Below are positions 40,015-49,694 of a stretch of 64,000 nucleotides of DNA, piece after piece. Numbering within the stretch: the first letter of the stretch is position 1; every line of letters starts with the position of its first letter. Location of the stretch: the NCBI GenBank assembly GCA_947853665.1, contig CANTXF010000034.1, positions 34,805 through 98,804 on the forward strand. Direction: 5' to 3'. A model generated the notes under the pieces. That model ran no database searches and had not been told where the DNA came from. It saw only the letters and a list, made by a program, of their open reading frames with translations. A program made the position numbers and the translations under genes. Source of the DNA: an uncultured Deferribacterales bacterium (GTDB lineage Bacteria > Chrysiogenota > Deferribacteres > Deferribacterales > Mucispirillaceae).

Positions 40015-40488
40015 TTATTTTATATCGAATATTCCGCTTTCCAGCATTTTCTCAGCCGATTTATAGCCGCCGTCCGCGGCTTTTTTGCAATACTCCCTGG
40101 CTTTTTCAATATCTCTGGGAACCCCCGCCCCGTCATAATACATTACCCCAAGTATATGCCATGCGGGAAGGAACCCCCCGTCCTTAGACCTGTCAAAATA
40201 TTCCGCCGCCTTTATAAAGTCCGGCGGAACTCCAACTCCGTAAAGATACATATACCCCAAATCGTAAAGAGCGTTGGCATGATTCTGCCCGGCGGCCTTT
40301 AATAACCATTCGAGAGCTTTGGAGTAATCCGTCTCCACCCCGTCGCCGTTAAGATAACGCGCTCCCGTCCTGAACTGACCTCCGGCGTTGCCTATCTCCG
40401 CAAGCTCCAGATCCTTTTCAAAATCGGAGGAAGCAAAGGCCGCGGAAGCAGCAAGAAAAAGAGCGGCAAAAACGGCCAGTATCTTCAT
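40015..40488 (-). CDS. secreted Sel1-repeat (TPR-like) protein
   Basis: Signal peptide plus three Sel1-type repeats (ALEWLLKAAGQNHANALYDLGYMYLYGVGVPPD). Confidence 0.7.
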   Translation of the reverse strand: MKILAVFAALFLAASAAFASSDFEKDLELAEIGNAGGQFRTGARYLNGDGVETDYSKALEWLLKAAGQNHANALYDLGYMYLYGVGVPPDFIKAAEYFDRSKDGGFLPAWHILGVMYYDGAGVPRDIEKAREYCKKAADGGYKSAEKMLESGIFDIK

Positions 40489-40660
40489 ATCCGCCCCGCC
40501 ATAAAAGGAAAGTTTTTCTCACATAACGCCATGAGCAATGGCATAAAAATTGCTTCTCCAACGATAACCAAAGCGAGGTGCGGCATGACAGGAAAAACGT
40601 TCGTATTTTTTACCATTTTCGCAATATTAGCCATAATAACCAATTCCATTTCCTAAAAAA

Positions 40661-41131
40661 TCATCCGCCGGGCGTGGAGTTGTCCTCCGGCGTGTCGGAA
40701 GCGGAGACTCCCGTAACTTTTAACTCGTGATCCTTAGCCTGTTCCGCTTCCCTGTCCCCCGGATAGAGAAATTTAAGGACAATGGTTCCGGAATGTTTGC
40801 CGTCTCCGCCAGGAACGTAGGATACGTTTATCCTGCACTCCCCGGAAGTCTCTATGGACGCAAGGCAGCCGTCGGCGGTAAATTTCGGCTCCAGAGAGAA
40901 ATTATCCGTAAGCTTATCGGTGTTCAGCCCTAAAAAGAACAACTCCTCCGGAGAATATCTGAGAGTGAAATACCCGTCGGGTTTTTCTTCCGTAAGCTCC
41001 AGAACGGACGGGGTCACGTCAAGCCCCTCGGTTTTATCAACGTTTTTATAGTCGTACACCCTTTCCCCATCTCCGCAGGAACAAAGCAGAGCCGAAATAA
41101 GCAGCGCGGCCAAATATTTTACAATGCCCAT
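40661..41131 (-). CDS. lipoprotein, hypothetical
   Basis: Lipobox LCSC. No family recognised. Confidence 0.4.
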   Translation of the reverse strand: MGIVKYLAALLISALLCSCGDGERVYDYKNVDKTEGLDVTPSVLELTEEKPDGYFTLRYSPEELFFLGLNTDKLTDNFSLEPKFTADGCLASIETSGECRINVSYVPGGDGKHSGTIVLKFLYPGDREAEQAKDHELKVTGVSASDTPEDNSTPGG

Positions 41132-41261
41132 AAAAAACGCCTCCAGACTACTGATAAACTATATTTATTGATAATAAAAAACAAGTTTTTTTATAGAACG
41201 CGGCACCCGTTTGCAAGACGCGCGCCGGTATGATATATTTTTAAAGAAAAGGAGATAGTAA

Positions 41262-41714
41262 ATGAAAAAACTCGTATTGTTCATAATAATATTCGCGGCC
41301 TCCGTTCAGACCGGAGCGATGGCCATGAGCAGCGGGCAGGTCTATGACGGAGCCCTGCCTGACGGCATGACGTCTTACCAGATGAGAATAATGGGAGGAA
41401 ACTGGCTCAATTTTCAGGGCATGGTCGCCTATTACGATAAGGACGGCAGCGTACAGACAAAGAGAATATTCGGCAACACGCCTTATATTTATAATTTTCA
41501 GAGCAAAGGCGGAGTTTCCGCCTATTTCAGGGTAAGCAATATGCAGCCTGTAAACCGTTTCGGAGGCATATTCCGCGTGCTTCTTTTTAAAGGAGATATC
41601 TTTGCCGGAGAACAGAGGGCCTTTATAACGAACGGAGAAGTAAGCCTGACATACGGCAAATATCCCGATATAAACCTTGAATTTATGGTGCCGCCCGTAG
41701 GCATGTTCGACTGA
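41262..41714 (+). CDS. secreted hypothetical protein
   Basis: Signal peptide (MKKLVLFIIIFAASVQTGAMA). A GGGGCG-aaaat-CGCCCC hairpin lies just downstream. Confidence 0.4.
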   Translation: MKKLVLFIIIFAASVQTGAMAMSSGQVYDGALPDGMTSYQMRIMGGNWLNFQGMVAYYDKDGSVQTKRIFGNTPYIYNFQSKGGVSAYFRVSNMQPVNRFGGIFRVLLFKGDIFAGEQRAFITNGEVSLTYGKYPDINLEFMVPPVGMFD

Positions 41715-41728
41715 AGGGCATAAAAAGA

Positions 41729-41745
41729 GGGGCGAAAATCGCCCC
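41729..41745 (+). terminator. stem-loop GGGGCG-aaaat-CGCCCC after the secreted-protein gene (weak, no T-run)
   Basis: Direct reading of the sequence. Confidence 0.3.
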
Positions 41746-42172
41746 AACCCCCTGAAACAAGAGAGGAAAACCCCCTCTTTCCACCCTCAAAAGCAATCTG
41801 CGCTGACGCATATATGCTTTCATATAAATAATATATCATTAATATTAAAATTGCAATATTTTTTGCAGCCGTACCGTTGTATGGGTCAGCGCAAAATTAT
41901 AGAAAATTTTGCAATACTGCGGCCCGCAACGACAAATAAAAAACAGGCCAAACTATTTAAAAAGGCGGCTATCCCCTAACGTAGACAGTTATGGAAAATA
42001 TTTATAATACGACGGCTTGCGGCGGCAATGAATAATTAAGACTAAAAAGTGTCTGGCAATGCACTGTTTGATGGGGCTGCCCCATGAGTTTACCTTGCCT
42101 GAGCAGATCTTATTATGAATGTTCTTGGCGCATTAAGAGCCGATATTATAGATATTTTCCATAACCTTACTT

Positions 42173-42190
42173 TAATCTGTGTAAGGGTAT
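42173..42190. repeat. right arm of the 18-bp perfect inverted repeat (TAATCTGTGTAAGGGTAT)
   Basis: Reverse complement of 38025-38042. Confidence 0.7.
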
Positions 42191-42412
42191 AGCTGCGTTT
42201 AAAAACACACCCCTTGATGCAAAGCCAAATCTGCCGTGCCCACGGGCTTTATAACAAATATCCTGATGATGCGGAGTTATTATCAGAAAAACGGAACGCA
42301 TATTATTTATATCGCATAGCATCCTATATGCAAACATTCCGTACGATTACTACCGTTAATGGATGATCGCCGGATAAAATACGGTATAAAGGCCGTAATT
42401 CATATTAAATTA

Positions 42413-42805
42413 TCATTCGGTTATATAAATTGCCCTTGCCTGCATTATTCTTCTTTCTGTTGAATCTGCTATAAAAACATTACCGGAATAAAACCCGACC
42501 ATACCATCGGATTGGGTTCCAATGTTGATTAAAAGCACTCCGTTAGCTCCGGCTTTAGCCGCTTGATTTTTAAGCTCCTGAATTACCAGATCCTGCGCTA
42601 TCTGCGCGGAAAGCCCAACATCGACGGAAGCCTCAATTAATCCTATGGTTTCATATTCCGATGGCGGATCAAGGTAAATTTTTACTTCACTGGGATTAAT
42701 AGCCGGCTTCGCTATTCCTGTGATTATTAAAGAACCGGTCGCAGTCAAACAGCCGGATAAAACTAAAATACATAAAAATGCCGCACTAAAGCGTAATATA
42801 TGCAA
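42413..42805 (-). CDS. small lipoprotein, hypothetical
   Basis: Lipobox LSGC, 130 aa. No confident family. Confidence 0.4.
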   Translation of the reverse strand: MHILRFSAAFLCILVLSGCLTATGSLIITGIAKPAINPSEVKIYLDPPSEYETIGLIEASVDVGLSAQIAQDLVIQELKNQAAKAGANGVLLINIGTQSDGMVGFYSGNVFIADSTERRIMQARAIYITE

Positions 42806-43005
42806 TTATTACTCCTTACCGATCAACAGGTAAATAAGCTAGCATATCTGGAAGCACAGTCAAGATATATAATATTTTACGACTATCCCATAATGCGGAT
42901 AATAACGGAAAATAATTGTAACCGCAACTGCGAAATATACAATAAGCCTGCGGAAACTGGAGCCGTTTTAATTAATATACCTAATTTTACAGCTGTCCGG
43001 AGCAT

Positions 43006-43036
43006 AAAAAATGCGAGCGGGTCAATTCGCCCCCGC
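43006..43036. terminator. bidirectional intrinsic terminator (CGAGCGGG-loop-CCCGCTCG flanked by an A-run and a T-run)
   Basis: Hairpin followed by TTTTCT on the plus strand and preceded by AAAAAA, which gives a T-run on the minus strand. It sits downstream of the TrpF-like gene. Confidence 0.5.
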
Positions 43037-43130
43037 TCGTTTTCTATCATCCAATATCTTTTGCTTTCTCTCCATAAATATTTGCCGTTATTTTCAGTTT
43101 AATGCAGGCGGCCAAATACAAGCCGACGCT

Positions 43131-44198
43131 TTATTTGGCGTAAAGGACTTCCTTAAAAAAAGCGCGCATAAGCTGCGGGTCCTTGCCGCCGTCGGCTCCG
43201 TTCAGACATTCGGAGGCTTCCACCAGCTCCGGGCGGAATTTTTTTACAATGTTTTTTACGTTATGGCATCCTATGCCCCCCGAAAGCCACAGATTGCGGA
43301 ACACATCGTCCACATAACCGTAAATAAGGCCGGAAGACGCTTCTTCCGCCGAAGCGGTAAAAGGGTCCAGCATGGCTCTGGCCTCTCCGTAATATCCCAT
43401 GGCCTTTACATCATCATAGGACGAAGCGGTCCGCTTTCTGTAAAATGCCGAGCCTGCAAGAGAAGAACAATGATCTTCCGGGCATTTTCCGTCAAATTCC
43501 ACCGCGTCTATTTTGCCTTGTTCAAGCAGCTCTGCGGCAATTTTATATAAATCCTCTCCTCCTTCCGGAACGGAAACGACCATTGCGCTCTCCGTTTCCG
43601 GCAGTGAATTTATAAGCCCTATAATATTTTCCGCGCCGGAGGAAAGCTCGAAACCGATAATATCCGTCCCAAGGCCGGAAGCCAGGTTCGCGTCCTGAGA
43701 GCGCTTTATTCCGCCTATTTTTACAAGCGGCCTCGTATAACGCCTGCGCCGGAAAAGCTTTGTCCAGAAACCGCGCCTGCTTTCTCCGGCCGCGCCGGAC
43801 GCCGCCGGGGAGAAAGCGTTCCCCCGCAAAACTCCCCAAAAACCCTCGTCCCTTACCAGATTATCCGTAAAGGGACACGGGCGCGAAGCCTGATAAACAA
43901 AGCTGCATTTCCAGTCCACAAATTCCCTTAAAATAATCGGGATTATTTCATCCGTCTCCCCTTTTGCCGCCCCCTCGTCCGAAAGAAGCAGAGCGTCCGG
44001 CCTCATAAACCTTACCTTCGCTATATCGGATGCGTCCGCAACTTTCAAAAGCGGAATCCGGCCGGACGCCTCGGCTTCCCCGCAGGCGTTCTCAAGAGCC
44101 TTTTTATCGGCGGATGAAGCCGCTATTACCACCGTTTCGCGGCGGAGGAACTTTTCTCCGATTTCTTCTGCTTCCATAGTATGCTCCGTAATGTTCAT
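43131..44198 (-). CDS. phosphoribosylanthranilate isomerase (TrpF)-like C-terminal domain fused to a roughly 155 aa N-terminal domain of unknown function
   Basis: C-terminal 200 aa match PRAI (PLVKIGGIKRSQDANLASGLGTDIIGF ... LWLSGGIGCHNV). No other trp genes are nearby. Confidence 0.5.
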   Translation of the reverse strand: MNITEHTMEAEEIGEKFLRRETVVIAASSADKKALENACGEAEASGRIPLLKVADASDIAKVRFMRPDALLLSDEGAAKGETDEIIPIILREFVDWKCSFVYQASRPCPFTDNLVRDEGFWGVLRGNAFSPAASGAAGESRRGFWTKLFRRRRYTRPLVKIGGIKRSQDANLASGLGTDIIGFELSSGAENIIGLINSLPETESAMVVSVPEGGEDLYKIAAELLEQGKIDAVEFDGKCPEDHCSSLAGSAFYRKRTASSYDDVKAMGYYGEARAMLDPFTASAEEASSGLIYGYVDDVFRNLWLSGGIGCHNVKNIVKKFRPELVEASECLNGADGGKDPQLMRAFFKEVLYAK

Positions 44199-44584
44199 TA
44201 TATAATCCTCCCGATACCGGAAAAGATAAAACGTCTCCGGAAATCGTTATAAAAACAAATTTAAATTCTGAACCTAAAATAAAAAAATAAATTGTGGGTT
44301 TGGTAACGATTAAATATTATTTGACGCTGGAGCGCCAAAAATAAAAACCGTAAAAGAAAGAAAAGGAATAAATGGACGCGGAAACACGGTTGAAAAGGCC
44401 GGAAGCCCCAATCTTTTCGGAAGAACAGAAAACCGCTTCTTTCACCGCGCTTGAATTTTTCATATACGTTTTATAATCCTCATAAATAGCCGTGTCAAGT
44501 TTTTTTACCCGAAAAAAACACGCCGAATAAAATACATTTTTTAAGCGTATTGCATTATAAGCGTTTCTCGGCTATCCTTTCCGC

Positions 44585-45853
44585 ATGGATAAATCCGTAT
44601 ACGCGGCGTTAAAAAGGATATTCGCGGCCCTGCTTCTTCTGAACACGGCGGTAATACTCATTGTGGTATATCTTGCCTTTTCCAATTACGCCTCCCAGCG
44701 CAAATCCCTTATAGAAATGGGCTATACCGTCCTAAGAGCTTTCGAGGCGTCGCGCCCGATGGTGTTTTCCAGCGGCGGCAACGCCCACCTTACGCAGATA
44801 CTGGAAGAAATGTTCGACCTGGATACGATAAACAACATCGTAATCTACCGCCAGGACGGAAAAACGATATTCTCCCTCCATCCTCAGGAAAATCTGATAA
44901 AAACCGGCGTGCACAGCAGATATATGGAGGAAACGCCAGGGGAGCTGATACTTTATAACAGCTTTCATCCGACCGGCATGGGAATGGGAGGAGGAAGCCA
45001 CATGATGCGGGGCGGCCATATGGGCCGGAACGGCGACAGCAAAATATTCATCGCCATCGCTATAAACAAGGCTAACCTTAATTCCATATTGAATTACAGC
45101 GTACTTACTTTTTTAGCCGCGGCTCTTGCGGAGCTTATGATATTTTTCCTGTACTCCAGGATACGTCAGGTGGTAAAGCTGTACGAGCAGTCCGTAACGG
45201 AGCTTAAAAATGCGGAAAAGGAAGCCGCAACCGGAAGGCTGGCATCAGTTTTGGCCCATGAAATAAAAAATCCTCTTTCAAGTATGTCCGGCCTTTTGTC
45301 CTTCGCCGGGAAAAAATGCGAAGACGGCCTGATAAGCGATATAATAGATAAAACCCAGGACGAGGTTAAGCGTCTTTCCGATATAGTAAACGATTTTCTC
45401 ACATACGGAAGGAGCGTAGAGCTGCAGCTTTCAACAGTGTCCGTAAAAAGCCTGATAACTAAAACGACGGAGCTTTTAAGCCACGACGCGGCGGCTAAGA
45501 ACGTATCCTTTGCCGTATCGGAAACGGATTTTACCTGCACGGCGGACGAAAACAAATTTCTGCAGATATTCGTAAATCTGCTCCTTAACGCCATAGACGG
45601 CTCTCCGAAGGACGGGGAAATAAAAATACGGATAGACGAAAAATCCATGAAAGTGCAGATCGAAAACGAAACGGCCAAACCGGCCGCGAAAGACGCGGAA
45701 AAATTTTTCGAGCCTTTCTATACGACCAAAACGAAAGGCAGCGGCCTGGGCCTCTCCATAACGAAACGCCTTGTGGAGCTCCACGGATACGGTATAAAAA
45801 TATCGAGCACCTCCCCTTTTATCGTGGAAATATATTTCCGCCGCAACGGATGA
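44585..45853 (+). CDS. sensor histidine kinase (TM, HisKA, HATPase_c)
   Basis: H-box RLASVLAHEIKNPL and G-box GSGLGLSITKRLVELHGYG. Two TM helices flank a periplasmic segment. Confidence 0.75.
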   Translation: MDKSVYAALKRIFAALLLLNTAVILIVVYLAFSNYASQRKSLIEMGYTVLRAFEASRPMVFSSGGNAHLTQILEEMFDLDTINNIVIYRQDGKTIFSLHPQENLIKTGVHSRYMEETPGELILYNSFHPTGMGMGGGSHMMRGGHMGRNGDSKIFIAIAINKANLNSILNYSVLTFLAAALAELMIFFLYSRIRQVVKLYEQSVTELKNAEKEAATGRLASVLAHEIKNPLSSMSGLLSFAGKKCEDGLISDIIDKTQDEVKRLSDIVNDFLTYGRSVELQLSTVSVKSLITKTTELLSHDAAAKNVSFAVSETDFTCTADENKFLQIFVNLLLNAIDGSPKDGEIKIRIDEKSMKVQIENETAKPAAKDAEKFFEPFYTTKTKGSGLGLSITKRLVELHGYGIKISSTSPFIVEIYFRRNG

Positions 45854-45857
45854 TATA

Positions 45858-47153
45858 ATGAAAAAAATACTTATAGTCGACGACGAAAAAAACCATCGCC
45901 TTATGATGCGCCTGCATCTGGAGGACGCGGGATACGAATGCTTTGAAGCCGAGGACGGGGAAACGGCCTACGGCATGATAAAAGAGCTTTCTCCCGACCT
46001 TATTCTTCTCGATATAACCATGGAGATAACGGACGGGCTTACTCTGCTGGGCAGAATAAGGAAAGAGGGCGTCTCCGCGCCTACCGTAATGATAACCGCC
46101 CATACGGACGCAAAGACGGCAGTATCGGCAATGAAGCTGGGCGCCACGGATTTTATAACAAAGCCCGTAAATATAAACGAAATGCTTGAAACGGTAAAAA
46201 GCCTGCTGGAATCCGGCGGAAACGAAGAAGTTCCCGACGCGGCGGGATATAAATTCGACGGCGTTTTCGCCTCCGAAGCCATGACGGACGTTATGAGCCT
46301 TCTGGCGATGGCGGCTCCCACTGACGCAACCGTGCTTATTCTTGGCGAAAGCGGCACCGGCAAGGAGCTGGTGGCAAAATCGATACACGAAAATTCGCTC
46401 AGGGCGGAAAAGCCCTTTGTGGCGGTAAACTGCGCGGCTCTTAACGATAACCTGATAGAAAGCGAGCTTTTCGGGCACGTGAAAGGGGCCTTTACGGGAG
46501 CCACGTCGAACAGGCAGGGAAGGTTCGAACAGGCCTCCGGCGGAACCATATTTCTCGACGAGCTGGGCGAAATACCAATGCCCACGCAGACGAAGCTTTT
46601 AAGGGTATTGCAGGAAAAAGTGATAGAACCCGTCGGATCCGGAAAAGCGGTTAAAACGGACGCTAGGATAATCGCCGCCACCAACAGGGATTTAAAGAAA
46701 ATGTCGGAATCGGGAGAATTCCGGCAGGACCTTTATTTCAGGCTGAGCGTATTCCCCGTTACCATACCCCCCTTGAGAGACCGCCCGGGAGACATACCGC
46801 CGCTTATAAAACATTTTATAAAAAAATACGCGTTCAGCTTCGGAAAAAATATACAGGCCGCATCTCAGGACTATATAGACGCTTTACAAAATTATTCCTT
46901 TCCCGGAAATATACGCGAGCTTGAAAATATAGTGGAAAGAAGCATAATACTGGCCAGAGGAGACAAGCTCACGGCGGACACCCTGCCCGCTCTGGCGCAG
47001 GAAAACGGGCTCAATCTCAAAAACGGGGAAAAGCAGTCCATATTGGACGCCCTAAAACGCTCCGGCGGAAACAAGACAAACGCCGCGAAGCTTTTGGGCA
47101 TATCGCGGCGCGCTCTTTACTATAAACTTGAGCAGTACGGCATAGCCGACTGA
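45858..47153 (+). CDS. sigma-54-dependent response regulator (NtrC family)
   Basis: REC domain, AAA+ sigma-54 interaction domain (GESGTGKE plus GAFTGA) and a C-terminal HTH. Confidence 0.85.
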   Translation: MKKILIVDDEKNHRLMMRLHLEDAGYECFEAEDGETAYGMIKELSPDLILLDITMEITDGLTLLGRIRKEGVSAPTVMITAHTDAKTAVSAMKLGATDFITKPVNINEMLETVKSLLESGGNEEVPDAAGYKFDGVFASEAMTDVMSLLAMAAPTDATVLILGESGTGKELVAKSIHENSLRAEKPFVAVNCAALNDNLIESELFGHVKGAFTGATSNRQGRFEQASGGTIFLDELGEIPMPTQTKLLRVLQEKVIEPVGSGKAVKTDARIIAATNRDLKKMSESGEFRQDLYFRLSVFPVTIPPLRDRPGDIPPLIKHFIKKYAFSFGKNIQAASQDYIDALQNYSFPGNIRELENIVERSIILARGDKLTADTLPALAQENGLNLKNGEKQSILDALKRSGGNKTNAAKLLGISRRALYYKLEQYGIAD

Positions 47154-47244
47154 TTAAGCAGCCGCCTTAAAAACGGCCGCGGCTCCCCCTGGCAGCTCCG
47201 TTATGCAGGCCCGGCCGCCCGTAATAGCGGAAGCGGGGCTAAAC

Positions 47245-49428
47245 TCAGTGTATCCAGAAAATCTCCTGATACCTGGGCAGGGGCCATTTGTCGTCGTCAA
47301 CGAGAAGCTCCAGAGAATCAACGTGAAAACGGCACTTATCCATAAGAGGAAGTATTTCGTCCCTGTAACGCAGGCACCGGCCGTAAGTATCGTTTTTTGC
47401 GGAAGTTATGCTTTTCATGGCTTCGTCTAGCCCGTCAAGTGATTTTTTAAGACCCGCTATATGGCCTGAGACCTCCGCAAGCAGCTCTTTCTGGGCGGAA
47501 GTGTCCGCCCCGTCGCCCGCCGCGGCTTTAACGGCGCAGATGTTGGCCGCCAGTTTGGACTGATAATCGAAGCAGACTGGCAGGATAATATTGCGGCCGA
47601 TATGGGACGCGGAGCGTGCCTCAATGGCTACTGTTTTAGCGTAGGACTCGAAAAGTATCTCCTGCCTTGCCGGAATTTCTTTTTCCGTAAGCACGTTGAA
47701 ACGGGTAAACATTTCCACAAGCTCAGGGTCTGTAAAACGCTTTATGGCGTCCACCGAGTTGCCCAGGTTTGGCAGCCCTCTCCGTTCGGCTTCCTCCACC
47801 CATTCTTTCGTATAGTTGTCCCCGTTGTATATTATGGCCTCGTGCTCCTTAAAAAACCTTACGAGAATATCCCTGACAGCCTGGCTGAAATCGGCCCCGG
47901 CTATCATGGCGTCCTCCAGGGCGGTAGCCACGTCGTCCATAGCGCAGGCTACGGCTGCGTTCATTACGAAAACGGCCTGCGCAACAGGCTGGGAAGAGCC
48001 TAAAGCGCGGAATTCAAACTTATTGCCGGTAAAAGCCATAGGGGAAGTCCTGTTTCTGTCCGTGGCGTCCACAGGCAGCGGCGGCAGAGTAAGCACTCCC
48101 AGGTCTATAGAGCCGCCGTGGCTTCTGTGGTCGTTCTTATTGTAAATGATGTTATGAACCACCTCGTCCAGCTGCGTGCCCAGAAACACGGATATTATGG
48201 CCGGGGGAGCTTCGTTTCCACCGAGCCTGTGGTCGTTTCCGGCGCAGACCGTGCCCAGGCGGAAAGCGGCGGCGTATTTATGCACCGCTCTCAGAAAGGA
48301 AGCGAGAAACACAAGAAACTGGGCGTTCTGCTGGGGGGTTTCTCCCGGCTCCAGAAGGTTATTGCCCTCCGAATCCGCCAGAGACCAGTTATTGTGCTTG
48401 CCGCTGCCGTTTACGCTGGCAAAAGGCTTTTCGTGAAGCAGGCATACGAAGTTATGGTCTTTAGCCGTTTCCCTCAGCACGTTCATAACTATTATGTTAT
48501 GGTCCGAGGCTATATTGGCCGCCTCGTAAACGCAGGCTATTTCATACTGGGCCGGAGCCACCTCGTTATGGCGCGTTTTGACGGGAACCCCAAGTTTGAA
48601 AAGCCTCTCCTCCGCGTCCGTCATAAAAGCCAGCACCCTGGACGGTATGGCGCCGTAATAATGGTCCTCAAGCTCCTGCCCTTTAGTGGCTTTAGCCCCG
48701 TAAAGGGTGCGGCCCGTGCTTATAAGATCCGGCCTCTGCAGATAAAACTCCCTGTCTATAAGGAAATATTCCTGCTCGGCTCCGATGGTGTTTATAACGT
48801 CCGTAGCCTTACTGCCGAAAAGCCCCAGTATGCGCAGAGCCTGTTTAGAAACGGCCTCCACGGATTTCATCAGCGGAACCTTCCTGTCCAGGGCCTCGCC
48901 CGTGTAGGAAAGAAAAACTGTGGGAATACACAGGGTTTTGCCGTATTTGGTTTCGTTTATGAAAGCAGGCGACGTAGGGTCCCAGGCGGTGTATCCGCGG
49001 GCTTCGAAAGTGGAGCGTATCCCGCCGGACGGAAAAGAGGAAGCGTCCGACTCGCCTTTTATAAGCATTTTGCCGGAAAACTCCGATATTACCTGCCCGT
49101 TGGGGGCAAGGGAAGTAAAAGCGTCGTGTTTCTCCGCCGTCTGGCCCGTCATGGACTGGAACCAGTGGGTATAATGGGTAGCCCCGAGAGACACAGCCCA
49201 GTCCTTCATGGCGCTTGCGACAATATCCGCCAGGGACGGGTCCAGCTTCTCCCGGCTGTTCATGGTCTGCTGGAGCCTTTTGAAAACGTCTTTCGGAAGG
49301 CGCTCTCTCATAACCCTTTCGCTGAACACGTTGCATCCGTAAATATCGGCTATTTCCGCCCTGTTCTCAGGACATCCTTCCGCCGGGCGGGAGGATATGG
49401 TGCTTATCGCTCTTTTCCTGAAATTCAT
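47245..49428 (-). CDS. glnN: glutamine synthetase type III
   Basis: 727 aa. The N-terminus and overall length match GS-III (GlnN) of the Bacteroides/anaerobe type. Confidence 0.8.
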   Translation of the reverse strand: MNFRKRAISTISSRPAEGCPENRAEIADIYGCNVFSERVMRERLPKDVFKRLQQTMNSREKLDPSLADIVASAMKDWAVSLGATHYTHWFQSMTGQTAEKHDAFTSLAPNGQVISEFSGKMLIKGESDASSFPSGGIRSTFEARGYTAWDPTSPAFINETKYGKTLCIPTVFLSYTGEALDRKVPLMKSVEAVSKQALRILGLFGSKATDVINTIGAEQEYFLIDREFYLQRPDLISTGRTLYGAKATKGQELEDHYYGAIPSRVLAFMTDAEERLFKLGVPVKTRHNEVAPAQYEIACVYEAANIASDHNIIVMNVLRETAKDHNFVCLLHEKPFASVNGSGKHNNWSLADSEGNNLLEPGETPQQNAQFLVFLASFLRAVHKYAAAFRLGTVCAGNDHRLGGNEAPPAIISVFLGTQLDEVVHNIIYNKNDHRSHGGSIDLGVLTLPPLPVDATDRNRTSPMAFTGNKFEFRALGSSQPVAQAVFVMNAAVACAMDDVATALEDAMIAGADFSQAVRDILVRFFKEHEAIIYNGDNYTKEWVEEAERRGLPNLGNSVDAIKRFTDPELVEMFTRFNVLTEKEIPARQEILFESYAKTVAIEARSASHIGRNIILPVCFDYQSKLAANICAVKAAAGDGADTSAQKELLAEVSGHIAGLKKSLDGLDEAMKSITSAKNDTYGRCLRYRDEILPLMDKCRFHVDSLELLVDDDKWPLPRYQEIFWIH

Positions 49429-49694
49429 CTGCCTTACCTCTGATTGATAAAAAAACAGTATGTATGTATCGTGATAAAATTGTCAATAACCTTTGTAAGT
49501 ATTCGGTAAAACGTAAAAGGACTCATGGTCGGCCCGGCGGCGGAAAAAGGGAAAACGGGTATATGCCGCCGCATAAATTTCTTTACAATATATAAAAAAT
49601 ATGTAAGATAAATCGTTTTGGTTATTTTTGCCGAAATAAAGCGCCGCAAAACGGCGCAACCCAGCTAAATTAACAAGTAAGGAGCTTTTTCACT

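Noticed and set aside
42045-42062. sigma-54-like CTGGCAATGCACTGTTTG
   Set aside because: The GG and GC elements are not at the 10-nt spacing required for a -24/-12 promoter.
42800-43102. 100-aa plus-strand ORF
   Set aside because: It spans an intrinsic terminator hairpin and AT-rich intergenic DNA. No RBS, implausible composition.
45968-46684. 238-aa minus-strand ORF
   Set aside because: Antisense to the sigma-54 response regulator. Ser/Ala-rich shadow frame.
48118-49443. 441-aa plus-strand ORF
   Set aside because: Antisense shadow ORF inside glnN, which has strong homology on the minus strand.
49621-49640. TGGTTATTTTTGC as a possible RpoN site for carB
   Set aside because: The spacing between the GG and GC elements is two nucleotides too short.
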